Under the pieces are notes generated by a model. The model saw only the letters and a program-made list of their open reading frames with translations, was not told where the DNA came from and did not search any database. DNA of 63,341 nucleotides, the filler included, from Octopus bimaculoides (Eukaryota), in the NCBI RefSeq assembly GCF_001194135.2. It is 5 parts of 5 records of this genome, joined end to end, with 100 filler letters (N's around TTAATTAATTAA, not from the genome) between each part and the next. Parts side by side here need not be neighbours in the genome. Positions count along the whole stretch, not along the records: positions 61,651 to 63,341 come from NW_026354329.1; 4 more parts are not named here. One strand, written 5' to 3'. How positions within the stretch are numbered: the stretch's first letter is position 1; every line of letters starts with the position of its first letter. The position numbers and the translations under genes are program-made. Shown here piece after piece: positions 61,651-63,341 of the stretch.

Positions 61651-63341
61651 ACGTACGTTAGTCCGTTCGGCCTCCCTCTGCACCGTTGGAGCAGACTTCG
61701 GACGTGCGTACGTCCGTTCTGCCTCCCTCTGCAACGTTCGAGCGGAATTCGAACGTTTGTGCCTCCTTTAAGCATCCCTCTGCACCTTTCCAGCGGAATT
61801 CGAAAGTTCGTGCGTCCGTACGGCCTACCTCTCTACCGTTCGAGAGGAATTCGAACGTACGTGCGTCCATTCCGCCTCCCTCTGCACCGTTCGGGCGGAA
61901 TTCGAACGCACGTGCGTCCGTTCGGCTTCTTTCTGCACCTTCCGTTCGTGCGTCCGTACGGACTACATCTGCAAAGTTCGAGCGGAATTGGAACGTACAT
62001 GCCTCCGTTCGGCCTCCCTGTGCATCGTTCGAGCGGAATTTGAACGGACCTGCGTCCGTTCGGCCTCCCTCTGCACCGTTCGAGCGTAATCGGACGTACG
62101 TGCGTCCATTCTGCCCCCCTCTGCACCGTTCGAGCGAAATTCGATCATAAATGCGTCCGTTCTGTCTATCTCTGCAACATTCGAGCTGAATTCGAACGTT
62201 TGTGCCACCGTTAAGCCTCCGTCTGCACCTTCCCAGCGGAATTGGAAAGTTAGTGCGTCCCTACGGCCTACCCCTTCACCGTTCGTGAGGAATTCGAACG
62301 TACTTGCGACCGTTCGGCATCCCTCTGCAGCGTTCTAGCGCAATTCGAACGTACGTGCGTCCGTTCGGCATACCTATGCAACGTTCGACCGAAATTCGAA
62401 CGTACGTGCGTCCATTCGGCCTCCCTCTACACCGTTCGAGCGGAATTCGAAAGTACGTGCGTCCATTCGGCCTCCCTCTGCACCGTTTGAGCGGTATTCG
62501 AACGTACGTGAGTCCGTTCGTCCTCCCTCTGCACCGTTCGGGAGGAATTCGGACGTACGTGCGTCCGTTCTGCCTCCCTCTGCACCGTTCGAGCGGAATT
62601 CGAACGTTTGTGCATCCGTTAAGCCTCCCTCTGCACCTTCCCAGCGGAACTGGAACGTTCGTGTGTCCGTCCGACCTACCTCTGCACCGTTCGTGAGGAA
62701 TTCGTAAGTACGTGCGACCGTTCGGCCTCCCTCTGCATTGTTCGAACGGAATTCGAACGTACGTGCGTCCGTTCCACCTCCCTCTGCACCGTTCAAGCGG
62801 ATTCCGAACGTAGTTGCGTCCGATCGGCTTCCCTCTGCACCGTTGGATCGGAACTCGAACTTGCGTGCGTCCTTTTGGCCTCCTTCTGCACCGTTCGAGC
62901 GGAATTCGAAAGTAGGTGCGTCCGTTCGGCGTCCCTCTGCACCGTTCGAGCGGAATTCGAACGTACGTGTGTCCGTTCGAGCGGAATTCGAATGTACGTG
63001 CGTCCGTTCGGCTTCTTTCTGCACCTTTCGGTCGAAATTCGAATGCTCATGCGACCGTTCCGCCTCCCTCTACACCGTTCGAGCGGAATTCGAACATTGG
63101 TGCGTCCGTTCGACCTCCCTCTGCACCGTTCGCGCGGAATTCGAACGTACGTGCGTCTATTCAGCCTCCCTCCACACCGTTCGAGCGGAATTCGGACGTA
63201 CGTGCGTCCATTCTGCCTCCCTCTGCCCCATTCGAGCGGAATTCGAACGTTCTTGCGTCCGATCGGTCTCTCTCTGCAACATTCGAGATGAATTCGAACG
63301 TTTGTGGCACCGTTTAGCCTCCATCTGCACCTTCCCAGCAT
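61651..63341. repeat. GC/CpG-rich 51-bp tandem satellite, about 33 monomers, running off the window end
   Basis: Consensus by eye GTACGTGCGTCCGTTCGGCCTCCCTCTGCACCGTTCGAGCGGAATTCGAAC. Successive monomer starts at 62351, 62402 and 62453 give a period of 51. Confidence 0.95.

Noticed and set aside
61790-61810. Heat-shock elements in the satellite (GAA/TTC rich)
   Set aside because: The spacing is GAATTCGAA without the 2-nt gaps required for nGAAnnTTCn arrays.
61651-63341. Long ORFs on both strands (e.g. RTFEFRSNGAEGGRTDA repeats) and a CRISPR-like look
   Set aside because: A 51-bp monomer is 17 codons and lacks stops in several frames, so ORFs follow automatically. Monomers are contiguous with no unique spacers, and no cas genes are present.

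Overview
Eukaryotic, AT-rich, microsatellite-saturated genomic DNA with many N gaps. The repeat content (tRNA-headed SINE families, TA/CA/GATA/ATT microsatellites) looks like an octopus genome; that is pattern recognition, not a database result. The window is five assembled segments (1-31301, 31402-40449, 40550-58954, 59055-61550, 61651-63341) joined by identical artificial 100-nt spacers (44 N + TTAATTAATTAA + 44 N), so adjacency across these joins is unproven. The only well-supported protein-coding sequence is two in-phase minus-strand exons (37640-37832, 36614-36678) encoding the calmodulin-binding segment of an unc-13/Munc13 synaptic priming protein. The rest is about 35 SINE copies in four or five modular families, Tc1/mariner and hAT remnants and MITEs, a decayed R4/Dong-type RT fragment, microsatellites and a CpG-rich 51-bp satellite with higher-order structure. 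Nearly all ORFs in the supplied track are artefacts of microsatellites, N runs or the satellite. I found no evidence for a new multi-gene system. The most interesting signals are: an altered spacing of the unc-13 calmodulin anchors; near-total CpG decay in SINEs around the unc-13 exons; a hairpin shared by three SINE families; and possible (ATT)n targeting by one SINE family.
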